Positions 52,119 through 64,000 of a stretch of DNA of 64,000 bases are shown in pieces. How positions within the stretch are numbered: the first letter of the stretch is position 1; each line of letters starts with the position of its first letter. The notes beneath the pieces were generated by a model. The model was not told the origin of the DNA. It made no database searches and saw only the letters and a program-made list of their open reading frames with translations. The stretch comes from Cetorhinus maximus. Its lineage: Eukaryota. The translations under genes and the position numbers were made by a program. The stretch lies in NCBI RefSeq assembly GCF_964194155.1, contig NC_135890.1, positions 38,688,001-38,752,000 of the forward strand. Direction: 5' to 3'.

Positions 52119-54524
52119 GCTTCTGATATACTCCTCCCGCAGGATGAAAGAAAGAGACGCGTGGCTTAGCTTGGATGTTCTAAGAACCGTTCTTGGTTAA
52201 GCCTGAAGGCCTCTTAATGTATCCTGGAGAGAGCTGGCCACCACTTGAATGGCCAGAGTTTAGTGCGCTGCATGGCTGCCCGAAACCCCAACTACCTCTA
52301 CCCTACTCCACCTGACTGATTGGTGGGAGCTTCCCCCTCAGACTACATGCTGTGCTCTCAGCTCAGGTGCAGGCATTCTCCTAACCTGCACTGCGGGATG
52401 ATGACATTGCAAGGGGCTGTGAGCACCTCCACCAGTGACTGCTCCATGGCCACCTTTAGCGAGGAGATTGTACAACGTGCCCAGCCATCCAACTGTTCTG
52501 CAGTCCACTAAAATGCTCTGTGCCTGAGGGATGAAAAGCTCTGGAGCACTTGGTGGCACTTTCATGCCTGTGCATTGCTTGAGTGGGGAGAGAAGCTAGA
52601 GGCCCAACTCCAATCATATCAATGCGGCTACAGCTGAACTGTCTCAGCTACAGAGAAATGGTCACTTTGTATAAGGTTTCCCTAATGCATGGCCACTTCC
52701 CTCACCCCCACGTGCTTGTGCACTACCATCAACCGCACTGCAGCCCTTAACCCCCCAACTCACCTCAACTGCAGTGCAGCCCTTGCCCCCCCCTCAAAAC
52801 GAGCTTCAATCGCTATGCAGCCCTTGACTGCCCCCGTCCCCAAATCACCTCAACCACAGGGAAGCCCTCGCCCTGGCACCTAGCTAGCTGGCAAAAAACA
52901 ACTTGCCTGTGCCCTCGCCGAAGTGTGCAGCACCTCAACCTTGAAGTCCAACAGGCGACTCTGGTGAGCACTGCACAACGTTACTGTGCAATCACCTCCG
53001 AGTTCCCCTCGAAATGCAGCCATCAAGTGCATGCCTTATACATGCTGTTGTGAAACACGTTGGCGTGCAATCACACTGACGTGGGGGGTGATTCCGGTGA
53101 ACTGGGTTTATAATGATATGCAGATGTTTATTGCAGTGAGGGTCCTGAAGTCCGACGGCAGGAAATGCAGCCCGACATTAACAGACGATTGCAAACTAGT
53201 TTCACAACATCATGAAGCCGATTTTTGGCCTTCTTGTCATATTGTCTGCTCACGCCACCAAACACACCTGATGCCAGGGGGCACAGAAAATTCCACCCAT
53301 TGTCCTTGGTCTCTGGAACGAACTCATACTGGTGATGGTGTGTTACAGTTCATTCAGATAGTCTGACTTGCTGTGGAAATGTGCGCTTTACATGTGTGCT
53401 ATAGCCTGGAGCTATGGATTTTTCTTTCCATCACATGGCTGACCAGGAATCTCTCCAGCTCTTACCACTTACCATGGACGTGTTGTTGAAAGGATTTGCA
53501 GGTTGATACTCAACCTGTTTGATTGCATTATGAAGGCACCTTCCTTTGCCATCACTTCATGGGGTGGGACTTGAACCTGGAAGTTCTGGCTCAGAGGAAG
53601 GGATGCTACGCACTGATCACAAGACCTCTGGTAATCATAGACACCCACCCCCACCCAAATTATAATACTATATCATATTCATAATATTAGAGTGTTGCAT
53701 GCAAAGAGTATTTTAATAATGTTTTTAAGAACATAGGTATTTACTTGTAGATGTCAGTTCAATGGATGTGCCTTCTTTTCACTGCAGAGTTATCTATCCC
53801 TGTCAGGAGCACAGGGAGCAGGAGCCCAGGGAGAACAGAATGCAGAAATAGTGTTAGGGGAGCAAGGCAAGAGCAGGAGCAATCAGAAAACACACCATGG
53901 TGAAAGCAGAAGCAAGCAGAAAGCAGAGCCCAGAGAAAGCAGAAGCCTGGATTGAGCAGAAACCCGGAAAGAGCAGGAACATGGAGAGAGCAGGAGCATG
54001 GGAGCACAGGAGCATGGCGAGAGTGAGAACCTGGAGACAACAGGAGCAAGGAGAGAGAAGGAACAGAGAGGGAGCAGGTCATGCCTCCGGCCATCGCTTA
54101 CTTGCTTATATGGCACCACAACATCCTGGGCAGTTGGCCATGTCACTCAACTATGGACCAGCCCTGTGTCACAGACACCCTGGAAAGTCTCTGCAGACCC
54201 CAGGAGTCCACTAGCCCCAGCTTGATAACCACTGCTTTAGTCAATTCCACTTCACCAGACAGCTACAAGCTGCAACTAGCTGAACAACCCTTGAATATCC
54301 TGTTTTGTATAGAACCTTTGTCACACTAAGATTATTACCTTGAAGACCTATGGAAATTTTGAGGTACATTACTGTTTTGCAAGTGAATCACTATGGGATA
54401 TTTAAATCATTTGAATTTTGCTTTGACTAATATTAATATTTAATTAACAAAATTCATTATAGCCTGAGATATGGAACAGTTTGTATTTAAACACTGCCTT
54501 TAATATTAAAAAAATCCCCAGGTT

Positions 54525-55130
54525 GCTTCACAGGTGCGTAATCAGGAAAAACAAACAAAAAACGAGATATTGAGATGGGTGACCAAAGATTTGGTCAATG
54601 AAATAGATTTTCAGGATACTCTTTAAAATTAAAAAAAGATGGAGGGGTTTATGGAGGCAGTTCCAGAGTGTGTAACCCAGATGGTTGAATGTACTTTCAC
54701 TAAGAGGAATTTTGGGCGGGGGGTGGGGTGTGGACAGGTGATGCAAAAAATACCAGTGTCAGAAGAATGGAGAGTTATGATGGTAGGTGGAGTGAGGGAT
54801 TGGGGTTGTAAGGCTGCAAAAGGTTACAGAGATAGGGACAGATTAGGCTCTGAAGGGATTTCAACACAAGGATGAAAAGTTTAAATTTGAGGTATTAGGA
54901 GACCAGGAGTCAATGTAGGTCAGGGAGGATAGGAATGATGGGTGAGCAGGTTTTAGTATCAGATAGGACACAAACAAGAATTTTTGGATGATTTCCAGAG
55001 GCACGGATGAATTTTCAGCAGCAGATGGGCTGAGGTAGGGGCAGAGACGGGCGATGTAAAAGATGGAAGCTCGGTTTGAGAATGTAATTTGACCATTAAG
55101 AAAAAAATGCCTGCAAGTTTGTTCAGGGAT
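54525..55130 (-). mobile_element. L2 LINE 3' fragment, old
   Basis: Similar to 30290-30860; LGYTLWNCL motif. Confidence 0.55.
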
Positions 55131-55919
55131 TTAGGCTCTGATCCTGACCCCACATCCAGCCATGTGAGGCCAGCATGCTTACCTCATAGGTTAGATAATT
55201 CTCCATAAATACAAGGGGTCTAAACTGAGCTAGTGCAAAGGCTGAACAGCAATCAACTCTGCACCTACCTTGGCCCTGTTGGTGCTATTTGTCTGATGAG
55301 GGGAGGGGAAACAGATTTTCCACCCCTCACGAGGCAGATTGGAAACACCAGTTTTCCGTGATTTTGCTGATCTCTTTCAGAGCTCTTTTCAGAGACAGAA
55401 AAGCCGTAAAGTTTTTGGATCTGCATAACTTTCAATTAAGGATGTCTTGTGATTCTGCTGGGAAAGGTAAGAAGATGTCAGTTCCGGTAAAAACTTGGAA
55501 AAGAAACCAAAGCAAATAATAGAGGAAATAAACCAGCATCTGGAAAGAACAGCTTAACATTTCGGGTGAAGGTCTTTCATTGAACTGTTCTAACAGAAGC
55601 CCTCCACTTGAAATGTTAACCTGCCTTTCCCTCTTTTCAGATGCTGACTGATTTTCTCTATATTTCCAGTATTTCCCTTTTATAATATGGATTTTCTTTT
55701 AATTGTTTCAACATCATAACACAGTCTATACTGTTACCGGTGGCAACAGGATTGTAGACTATTAGTTTAGTCTACTCACTGTTCAAATAAAAAGTTCAAT
55801 TTGAAGATTACACTATTTAAAAATGTTAAATACAATACACAGAACAATCAAAATATCACAGCAGAGTTACTTGCTTAAACTTGTCTTGCTTATCTTGCTT
55901 AAACAATTGTTCTGTTCAC

Positions 55920-56845
55920 ATAAGAACTTAAGAAACAGGAACAGGAGTAGACCATTCCGCCCCTCGAGCCTTCTCCACCATTCAATAATGTCTTGGCTGA
56001 TCTTCTTTTGTTTCGATTTCCATATTTCCATCTAACCCCGATAACCTTTGATTCCCTTGCCTAACAAGAATCTATCTACCTCCACCTTAAAAGTGTTAAA
56101 TGACCCTGCCTCCACCACTTTCTGAGGCAGAGTTCCAAAGTCATATAACCCTCAGGGAAAAAATTTCTCCTCATCTCTGTCCTAAAAGGGCGACCCCTAA
56201 TTTTAAAACAGTAGCCCCAAGTCCTGGGCTCACCCACAAGAGGAAACATTCTTTCAACATCCACCTTGTCAAGGCTGTTCAGCGTGTTGTATACTTCAAT
56301 CAAATCACCCCTCACTCTCGTAAACTCCAGTGGAAAGAAGTCCAGTCTGTCCAACCTAAGACAACCCACTCATTCCAGGTACCAATTTAGTAAACCTCCT
56401 TTGAACCACCTTCAATGCATTTACATCCTTCCTTAAGTAAGGGGACCAAAACTGCACACAGTATTCGAGGTGCGGTCTCACCAATGCCCTGTGTAACTGA
56501 AGCATAACATTCTTACTTTTATGTTCAATCCCTCTCGTAATAAAGGATAGCATTCCGTTAGCCTTCTTAATTACTTGCTGTACCTGCATACTAACTTCTT
56601 GTGACTCATGTACTAGAACACCTAGATCCCTCTGCACCTCAGAATTATGCAGCCATTCTCCAAATAAGTAATAATCTGCTTTTTTGTTCTGCACATTTTC
56701 ACACATTAAACTCCATTTGCCAGATCTTTGCCCACTCACTCAACCTATCTATATCCAACTGCAACCTCCTCATGTCCTCTTCACAACATACTTTCCTACC
56801 TATCTTTATGTCATCTGCAAATTTAGCTACCATGTCTTCACTCAC
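55920..56845 (-). mobile_element. CR1-clade LINE, same subfamily as 14129-15215
   Basis: VQRDLGVLVHESQEVSMQVQQVIKKANGMLSFITRGIEHKSK...LEYCVQFWSPYLRKDV; long near-identical stretches with the 14 kb copy. Confidence 0.92.
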
Positions 56846-57059
56846 AGTCAGAAAGTTATTAAAATATCTCAATAACCATTATGTATGATATGTAAAATTA
56901 GAATTTGGCAATTTTTTTATTGGAATGGCATGCATGTCAAATATTAATTATGATTGATAAAGATTGTTGGTGGGTGAGTGATAGGTGTGTGGTGCATTGA
57001 GCAGTGTATATGAGGCTAGTGGTGAAGTTGGGAGTATATGGCATTTGAAGGTATATTCT

Positions 57060-57275
57060 CAGACCTTTACCCATTCATCTGAGGTCACTGAGCTTCTTGC
57101 TCCAATGCATCTAAGTCCCCAGGCCTAGATTGCCATTGTCAATTGTCAGTTAGTTCCACTGCCTTCATAATGTTTGTCTGGAGGGCTTCCTGTTCCCCTC
57201 TGGAGAGGTGACATTGCTCCTCCTCTCTGCCTCCCCCACCAAAGCCTCCAGTGCAGCGTCAAAAAATGCCATGTT
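57060..57275 (-). mobile_element. Harbinger Myb/SANT-like exon relic
   Basis: The minus strand translates FFDAALEALVGEAERR...RKPSRQTL*RQW...WSKKLSDLR. Confidence 0.6.
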
Positions 57276-59454
57276 ATGCCATTATCCAGGTGAGAATCAA
57301 TTGCAGAACGACTTCCAGGCCTGTTCAGGCCAGAATGCAGCCCCCTTTTAAAAAGCGCAAGCTGGATTTAAATAGCACAGGCTAGCTTTAAATTCTACAA
57401 GCCTCTCACGATTTCGTAATCCCTGCCTCAGGCGTGCAGCTGCTTAACAGTGTGCTTAGCACTGACAACACATTACAAACACTTATATTAACAGCAGCAC
57501 AAGTTTTGTATGCTGTCTGCATCGGAAGCAACGGGTGCAGAGTAATCCGGTATGGCAATCTCTGTTCTCCATTATAGACCCTGTCCAGGCCAGCACCTCT
57601 GTACTAAATACAATAAGTAATATATCTGCATTCCCTGACCAAAGGCCAAGGAAACTACCTTTTCACAGATATTTATTCCTTTAAAATGTCTGATGTACTT
57701 CTGTGCAGGATCTGCTCAAAGGTTCTGTCAGCTAAGATGTTGAAACAACAAAAAGAAAATCCATATTATAAAAGCGAAATCCTGGAAACATAGAGAAAAT
57801 CAGTCAAATCTGAAAAGGGGAAAAGACAGGTTAACACTTTGGGTGGAGACTTTTGTCAGCACAGTTCAAGGAAGGACCTTCAGCCAAAATGTTAACCTGT
57901 CCTGTTCCAGATGTTGGTTTATTTCCTCTTTTTTCTGCCTTGATTTCAGTTCTAAGTTGTTACAAGAACTGGCATCTTTCTTGGATTCTTGATGGGAACT
58001 GCTTCCCTGTTTTAAAACACACTTGTGCAGAAACAACCATGGAGTACTCATGTACAATAAAATTTCTGCATCACCAAATAACAAAAGCCTTGTGACTCAT
58101 TTGAGTGTTTCCTTTCTCTTGGAACTGTAAGAAAGATTGAAAGATTATTATTGCGCATTAAAGCAATAAATTATAAACCCACACATTTCCTCATCTACAA
58201 AGTATTGTTTTTGGATTCCTTATCAGTGTGGAAGTCTGGATGTTCTGCATGAACAGTCGGTGCAGACACAGCTCCTTTCTTTAAGGCACTTGAGCATATC
58301 AGATGGCAGGAACATCCAGAACTATAGATTGCAAATGAATGCACCTTCAAATGAGCAAATGTCATTCTTTCCAGTTACAGGTCTTGCAGTGCTTTTTGAA
58401 CGAGCCTAAGATTGTTTGAAGACACAAATTGCGATCCTTTGTAAGCTGAAATTCATTATAAATGGACAGAGATTGTGCCAGATCACAGTTTTCCAAAACT
58501 TTGCGTGGCCTTGCAAGCTCTTCTGAAAAAGATTGCTGGAGCCTGCTGAAGGACATCTTATTTTAATGGATCCAGAAAAAAAGCGTTCCTTCAGGTCCTA
58601 AAAATATTCTGACCTGCTTCTGGCACTTTTTTAGCTCCTCCATGGGATCCTTTCCCCTCGCCCCAACAGTCCCACCCAACTCAATGTGAGAAGAGGCCCT
58701 CTCTCACTGGGTTCACACCTGCAATAACCAAGCATTAAAATTAAGCCCAAAACTGAAGCTTTTGGCACACCAAATTTCTATTCTATGCAGTTGTATCAAT
58801 TTATGTTGTCCATGATCTTAATCTCAACTGTGGTGGCTTCAAAGATGTTGACAGTTGTAGAGGTGTTGTCAAAAAAACAGACCAAACAAATCCAGTGCTA
58901 GGAGTCTAATAATGAATGTGCAGTGGCTAAATTTTCTCGCCCCATTGCAGCAGTGAAATTGAATTCAGCCATGCTCTGTGGAGATTGATATGTTGTGCAA
59001 TTGTGAGAGTTTAGGTCCGTGCTCCAGAATATGTGGAAGTCACTGTTTAAATATCCAATAAAACTGCTAGCTAGCTCAAGTACAATTGTTCAATTTTAGG
59101 TTATTCGCCACTAGATGATATGCAAATATAGTTTTGCTTTTATAACCTACCTACTCCCCAACAATAAATGGTAATTTTTAAAAGCATAGAATTGATTCTG
59201 ATTATTAACATATATATAATGATTTGTTCATTATCTTGGGCATGTTGCTGAAAGCTTGCCTAGATATCAAAGTGACGGAGATGCTCTCAAAAACATAAAG
59301 AATTGAACTCAACTATGGGAGTGATCTGTAGTATGGAAACCAAACAAATAAGAAGAAGAGGTATGGAAAAGTTCCAAGAATGTTGCAATAATTACCAGCA
59401 AAAGACAGACAACATGAATTCAGAAGATGATCATCCCACCTCCTTGACCTTTGA

Positions 59455-59890
59455 AAATTCTTGTGATGTGGTATACCTTGATTTCCAAAAAGCATTTGAC
59501 ATAGTCCTGCATGAAAGACTACAATCTGACATTAAAGTGGTTGAGATTCATGGATAAGGTATTACCTCAAGGGGAGGAAACAGCAGATACTATTCAGAGG
59601 AGTTCTGGCTGGATGCGAGACAAGTTAATTGAGGCACTCCAGCGTTTGTTTTTAGCAGCAGTACTGTTTCTAATTGACTTTAACAACTTGGGTTTCAAAG
59701 TTAAATGCAAACAGGTCAAATCTGGTGAAAATACCAAACTCGTCAGTTGAATCTGAAGTAGTAAGTCAGACCTACAAAATAGGTAAGTGGGAAGATGAAA
59801 TTTAACATTGACAAATTAAAACAATGCACATGGGAAGAAAAAATGAGCCTAAGTACATTGCAAATGATGTTGAAGTAACTAACAATGAAA
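59455..59890 (+). mobile_element. Old CR1 RT fragment
   Basis: DVVYLDFQKAFDIVLHERL; WKMKFNIDK..MHMGRKN. Confidence 0.75.
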
Positions 59891-61121
59891 ATGACGAAAA
59901 TGCTGGAATTCCAGTTCTTTCAATATGGAACAGGGTCAACTTTCCTGTCTTCCCTGTACCTGGACACCAGGCAGGCAGACTGCACCCAAAGACCTGCAGT
60001 TACCTGAACCCTGTATACCTGAGTTTAACTCACTATCCCATGCCCACGTGCATGCCTGCCCTCGGGAAAGTCCTTGCTCTTAGAAACTGAGGACAGAAAT
60101 ATAGTAGATCTAAGAGGCCTGCAGCACAGGGAATAGGACTCAGATCCTCTGGTTGCTGTCCAAAATTCTGTACCTGAAAGAAAAAAAAATTACCTTGAAT
60201 AGTCTGTCATTGAATGTATGTCCCGCTCTAATGCTTTGATGACGAGGCTTACTTCTTCTGTGCACCTGGCAAAATGGAAATCCATTTGTAGAAATCCTTG
60301 TGATGAGGTGTAACTTGAACTCCACAAAACATTTGTAGTGTAATGAACACCCAGGGAGCCTGGAATTTCCAGTTCCTGTTGCACTTGAAGATTTAAGTCA
60401 ACCTAACATTTTCTATGTTGAATTTGCTTGTATTCCAGATACACGTAGTTATTTACTGAAAATACACTGGAACACAACCAAGCCTTCTGCTGCCTTAGTT
60501 CAGTAATGCCTTATCTAATAGGGACAGCATTAATTACTAATGCTTTAACAGCAATAGTGGGCGAATAGAAAAAGGAGAAAATGAGCTTATAGAGGATTTA
60601 CAGGCAAACATTAACTAAGTGACATTGGCAGAGTAGAATATGCATTAGGTTAATCTCAAAAGAGAAATGCTAACTGACATCCATCATTTGTTAATTACTG
60701 ACCTACAATCACCTCTATTAATCATCAGCCTTTTTCTATTGCTGTGAAAATAACTTCAGCTATGAATTTCCACACCGCAGGCTCCTTTGAGTCACCAAGG
60801 AATGTTTACACAAACACATTATTATAGCAGCATTTTTACACTGTTGTAGAGCTTTCACAGGTTCTGCATGTGGTTAAAGTTTTCCCATGTGGTAACTCCA
60901 TGATATGATACATACAATTTTTTTTAGTAGGGGTCTTAGGAAGACAGTGCTGCAAGAAGCAGAACTGTGTCACAATTTTCATTACAATGATTATTGGAGC
61001 TCAATAAGACTTGCAGAAATTATACTGAGGTAAGAATAGGCAAGTCAAAGGTTTTCCCTTAGTTTAGTTCAGATTCCTAGTTTACCAAGTAACCTGCATT
61101 AGTGGTTTGGTAGTACAGAAC

Positions 61122-61640
61122 TTGAGTATTGCTGAAAAAAGAGATATGTTGAAGCTTTTCTTTTTTTAATTATTCATTCATGGGATGTGGGCTTCACTGC
61201 CTAGGCCAGTATTTATTGCCCAACCCTAATTGCCCTTGGGTCAGAGGGCATTTAAGAGTCAACCACATTGCTGTGGGTCTGGAGTCACATGTAGGCCAGA
61301 CCAGATTTCCTTTCCTAAAGGGCATTTAAACCTGCTAGCTGAAACAAAATAAGTGACAGCCATTCACTGATTCATTTCTCAGGGCAATGCCTTGACCAAT
61401 CAAGGTCAAGCTGCCTGGTTTAAATTTCAAACAATGCTTGGCAGTTGACTGTCAGTCACCATCACTGGTGCTTTCTCCATGGCAATGCCTCTACCAATCA
61501 GAGTCCACTTGCCAACCAATCAACACTCTCTTCACATATGGTATAAATTATTGCTTTCCACCTATATTGGTATTCTTGTGAAGTGTCCTGAAGAGTGCAA
61601 GATGAAAAGCTTCGACTCGTCTCTTTTTTCAACAATAATC
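61122..61640 (+). mobile_element. Penelope-like non-autonomous repeat with an inverted terminal piece, interrupted by a SINE
   Basis: 61122-61160 (TATTGCTGAAAAAAGAGATATGTTGAAGCTTTTC) is the reverse complement of the 3' end at 61604-61637; CCAAT boxes and TATAAAT lie upstream of the ribozyme motif. Confidence 0.65.
61585..61616 (+). ncRNA. Minimal type-I hammerhead ribozyme motif, second family
   Basis: GTC-CTGAAGA-GT(GCAAG)AT-GAAA-AGCT-TC-GAC: canonical CUGANGA/GAAA core, palindromic AAGCUU helix III, UC cleavage site, helix I GUC/GAC. Confidence 0.65.
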
Positions 61641-61689
61641 TGCATTAGCGAGGTTCAATCAGGCAACAGAAAAGCTTCAATTGGACTTA

Positions 61690-62510
61690 GTCTGGAAAAG
61701 GGGAAATATTGGCCAAGGTTTCCATTCCTGGACAATATCCCAGCAAGCTTGGAAACTATAAAAAGAAACAAAGGCATAAAAAGAAACCAAGAATGAAATT
61801 TGATATTTATCAAGAGAGTTGGAATTCTACAGTGAAGAGGTGATGCTTGCATTGTGCAGAGCTTTGACCAGAGCCCATCTGGAACACTGTTCATCTTGGG
61901 AAACCAAACCTCAAGTGAGATATATTAGCCTTGGAAGGGTATGGCACAGATTAACCAGAATTACACCAAGATTTAAGGAGTTAAAATATCAAGATAGTTG
62001 CACGAACTTAATTTGCATACAATGTCCTCTCTAACCTCTGTTTGCTGCGCAGGGCCAAGTTGTTGCTGTGGAGAATGTTCTGGATTGCTGCACAGCTAGG
62101 AGGAACATTGCTTATATACCCTCAACGTTAGAAGGTCGAGGGATGGTAAAATTGAGGTGCTTAAAATGATAAAGGAGTTCGATAGAAACCTTTTCCTCTG
62201 CTGTGGGAATTCAGACCAAGAGGGCATAAATTTCAAGGTAGATCATTTAGGAATAAAATCAAGAAACATTTTATCACACAAGAGGTAGAGGAAATCTGCT
62301 CCTGAAATGGGCTGTGGATACGAGGTTAATTGAAATTTTCAATAGAAATTGATAGGTTTTTGTTTCAACATTTGTAAGCAGAACTGGGTAAAGATATTGA
62401 GGAATATGGAACAAGAGCAGGTAAATGGAATTGAGGTTTGGATCAACAATTATCTAAGTGTATGACGAACAGGCTTGAGGGGTTTACTTCTGTTCCTGTG
62501 CTCCTTCCTA
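61690..62510 (+). mobile_element. CR1 LINE 3' fragment, degraded
   Basis: EVMLALCRALTRAHLEHC...; 3' region TRGHKF and tail TTCCTATGT. Confidence 0.7.
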
Positions 62511-64000
62511 TGTATAACGTGTCCTATGCAATCTAACAACCCAGAGAAACATGTTATCATTGACATTTGTGAGGAGAGGAAAAACAGTCCATATGTGTTA
62601 CAGTCACATTGTAGTTAATAAAGTTAAATTTCTCCCGTCCAAAAAAATTTATGAGGTCTAAAAATCTGAAAGAGATGAATTGTAAACTTGCAGAGTGTTG
62701 AAGCCAACAGAAATATTTTTCAAGGAGTTCCTGTTCATTAGGTGGAACCATTTCCTTAATAAAACTGTACCCTTGTTAGCGTCTGCATTCAAATGACAAC
62801 AAACAGCAATGTATAGTACAAAAAGGTGACTTTGTATAATATACCTGAAGGATATTCACCTTGGGCTGATATCAGATGTTCCAACATTTTAAATGTATTT
62901 CAAACAAAATATGAAATATAGGCACAATTAAATGAAAACACATCTAAGCTTGAGGGAACTTTGCTTATTGAATACAAAATGTACTGTGGTAAGTCCTCCT
63001 TGGCAAATATAGTATTTCTATCTTGTGAGATCCATGTATTTGTTCTCAGTATTTTCATTGCTCACCTTTGTGTCACTTGTATTTGAACAGTAATAAATTA
63101 ACTGAGGAACAGATGTAACCAATTCCATATGAAGAGACTGTGAACTGGGACTGATAGATGATTCAGTACTTAGCATTGCCTCAGTGACACGATAGTAAGT
63201 ATTTTTTTAAAATTCTAGGTGATAGTAATTAATTTGCCATTACACAAAATAATGTAAAAGTAAAAATAGCATGATTGAGAAGAGAAACAAAACAATGACT
63301 GACAGGATTTTCCCAATTGCTGTACTGCCCTTTCCATATGGTTCCACGCCCAGCAAGACCTCATTCTCTCTCAGCAACAATTTTTTGCAAAAGTATGTCC
63401 GTCCCATCAGCATTACAATTTTAATTTAATAGCACATTTTAACATAACATGCACATCACTTAACATAGGTAGGTGCCCCAAGAAAGATGGGGAAAGGAAG
63501 CAAAATTAGAGGACCTCCTTGGTGAGATCAGCCAAGACCTCAGTTAATGAGTAGGGACATCTGAGACCAAATGTAGCACCTTCCCTCCTGCATTAGCTGA
63601 GGTCAGCTTATTCACACACACCAGTGATTCAACCTGATTCCTTTCTGCTTGGTATTGCTCAGTACTATAACAGACATAGTCACCCACTGAGCAATCAGGG
63701 GAGAACCGCATTACTCTTTAAGAGAAGAAAATTACTTTAACATGTTTCAAATGACAATATATAAAAATAGTACTCATCATAGTGCCCTGACAGCATTTGT
63801 AGCCTCGCTCCTCTTTGTCTCTGCTCCTTAACTGCCTCATGCCTTTTTCTTTTGCTGTCCAGTAAGAGAAAGCCAAAAACAAAATTCTACAAGCAAGCAG
63901 GGCCATTAATTTATTAAAAGCTGCAGTCCTGACATTGTTGGCACTTCTTCCTGTAGGAATTTACCTGGCCTTCACTTAAAATGGCATACTTGAAATCAGG

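Larger units (their letters stand above)
48533..53298. mobile_element. Full-length PIF/Harbinger DNA transposon (4766 bp)
   Basis: 3-bp TSD ATT (48530-48532 / 53299-53301), degenerate TIRs GGTCAGAATCATC / rc GGGTGGAATTTTC, and convergent Myb-like and transposase genes. Confidence 0.88.
43735..53330 (+). mobile_element. L2 LINE RT fragment split into three pieces (43735-44059, 48385-48532, 53299-~53330) by Gypsy and Harbinger insertions
   Basis: LVLLDLSAVFDMVDH...CGVPQG...SFHI | YSDDTQLYL...LNIGKTEAI | VLG reads continuously once the inserts are removed. Confidence 0.8.

Noticed and set aside
53801-54325. TGTCA...TCACA element with purine-rich AGCAGG repeats
   Set aside because: No TSD or second copy in the window; treated as low complexity.

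Overview
Eukaryotic genomic DNA, almost certainly from a cartilaginous fish (shark), judged from the repeat repertoire. It is not prokaryotic, and nearly all ORF-track entries are spurious or transposon relics. The only host gene I can support is the 5' end of GRAMD4 on the minus strand: a CpG-island first exon with a donor at 34603, a ~21.8 kb intron, and the first canonical coding exon at 12627-12837. Much of the remainder is nested mobile DNA: CR1, L2 and a second CR1/L2-group LINE family, a young Tx1/L1-clade LINE with TSD, a Penelope (RT+GIY-YIG) insertion with TSD, DeuSINE-like and other tRNA SINEs, a pogo (POGK/Passer-like) transposon, a full-length two-gene PIF/Harbinger transposon plus MITEs, a Gypsy provirus relic and solo LTRs. 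The most notable signals are two families of minimal type-I hammerhead-ribozyme motifs with palindromic helix III in Penelope-derived repeats (one showing stem covariation and recurrent non-canonical cores), a possible in-frame 28-aa N-terminal extension of GRAMD4 overlapped by a uORF, and multi-layer TE nests whose junctions can be read from TSDs. Repeat boundaries without a TSD are approximate.
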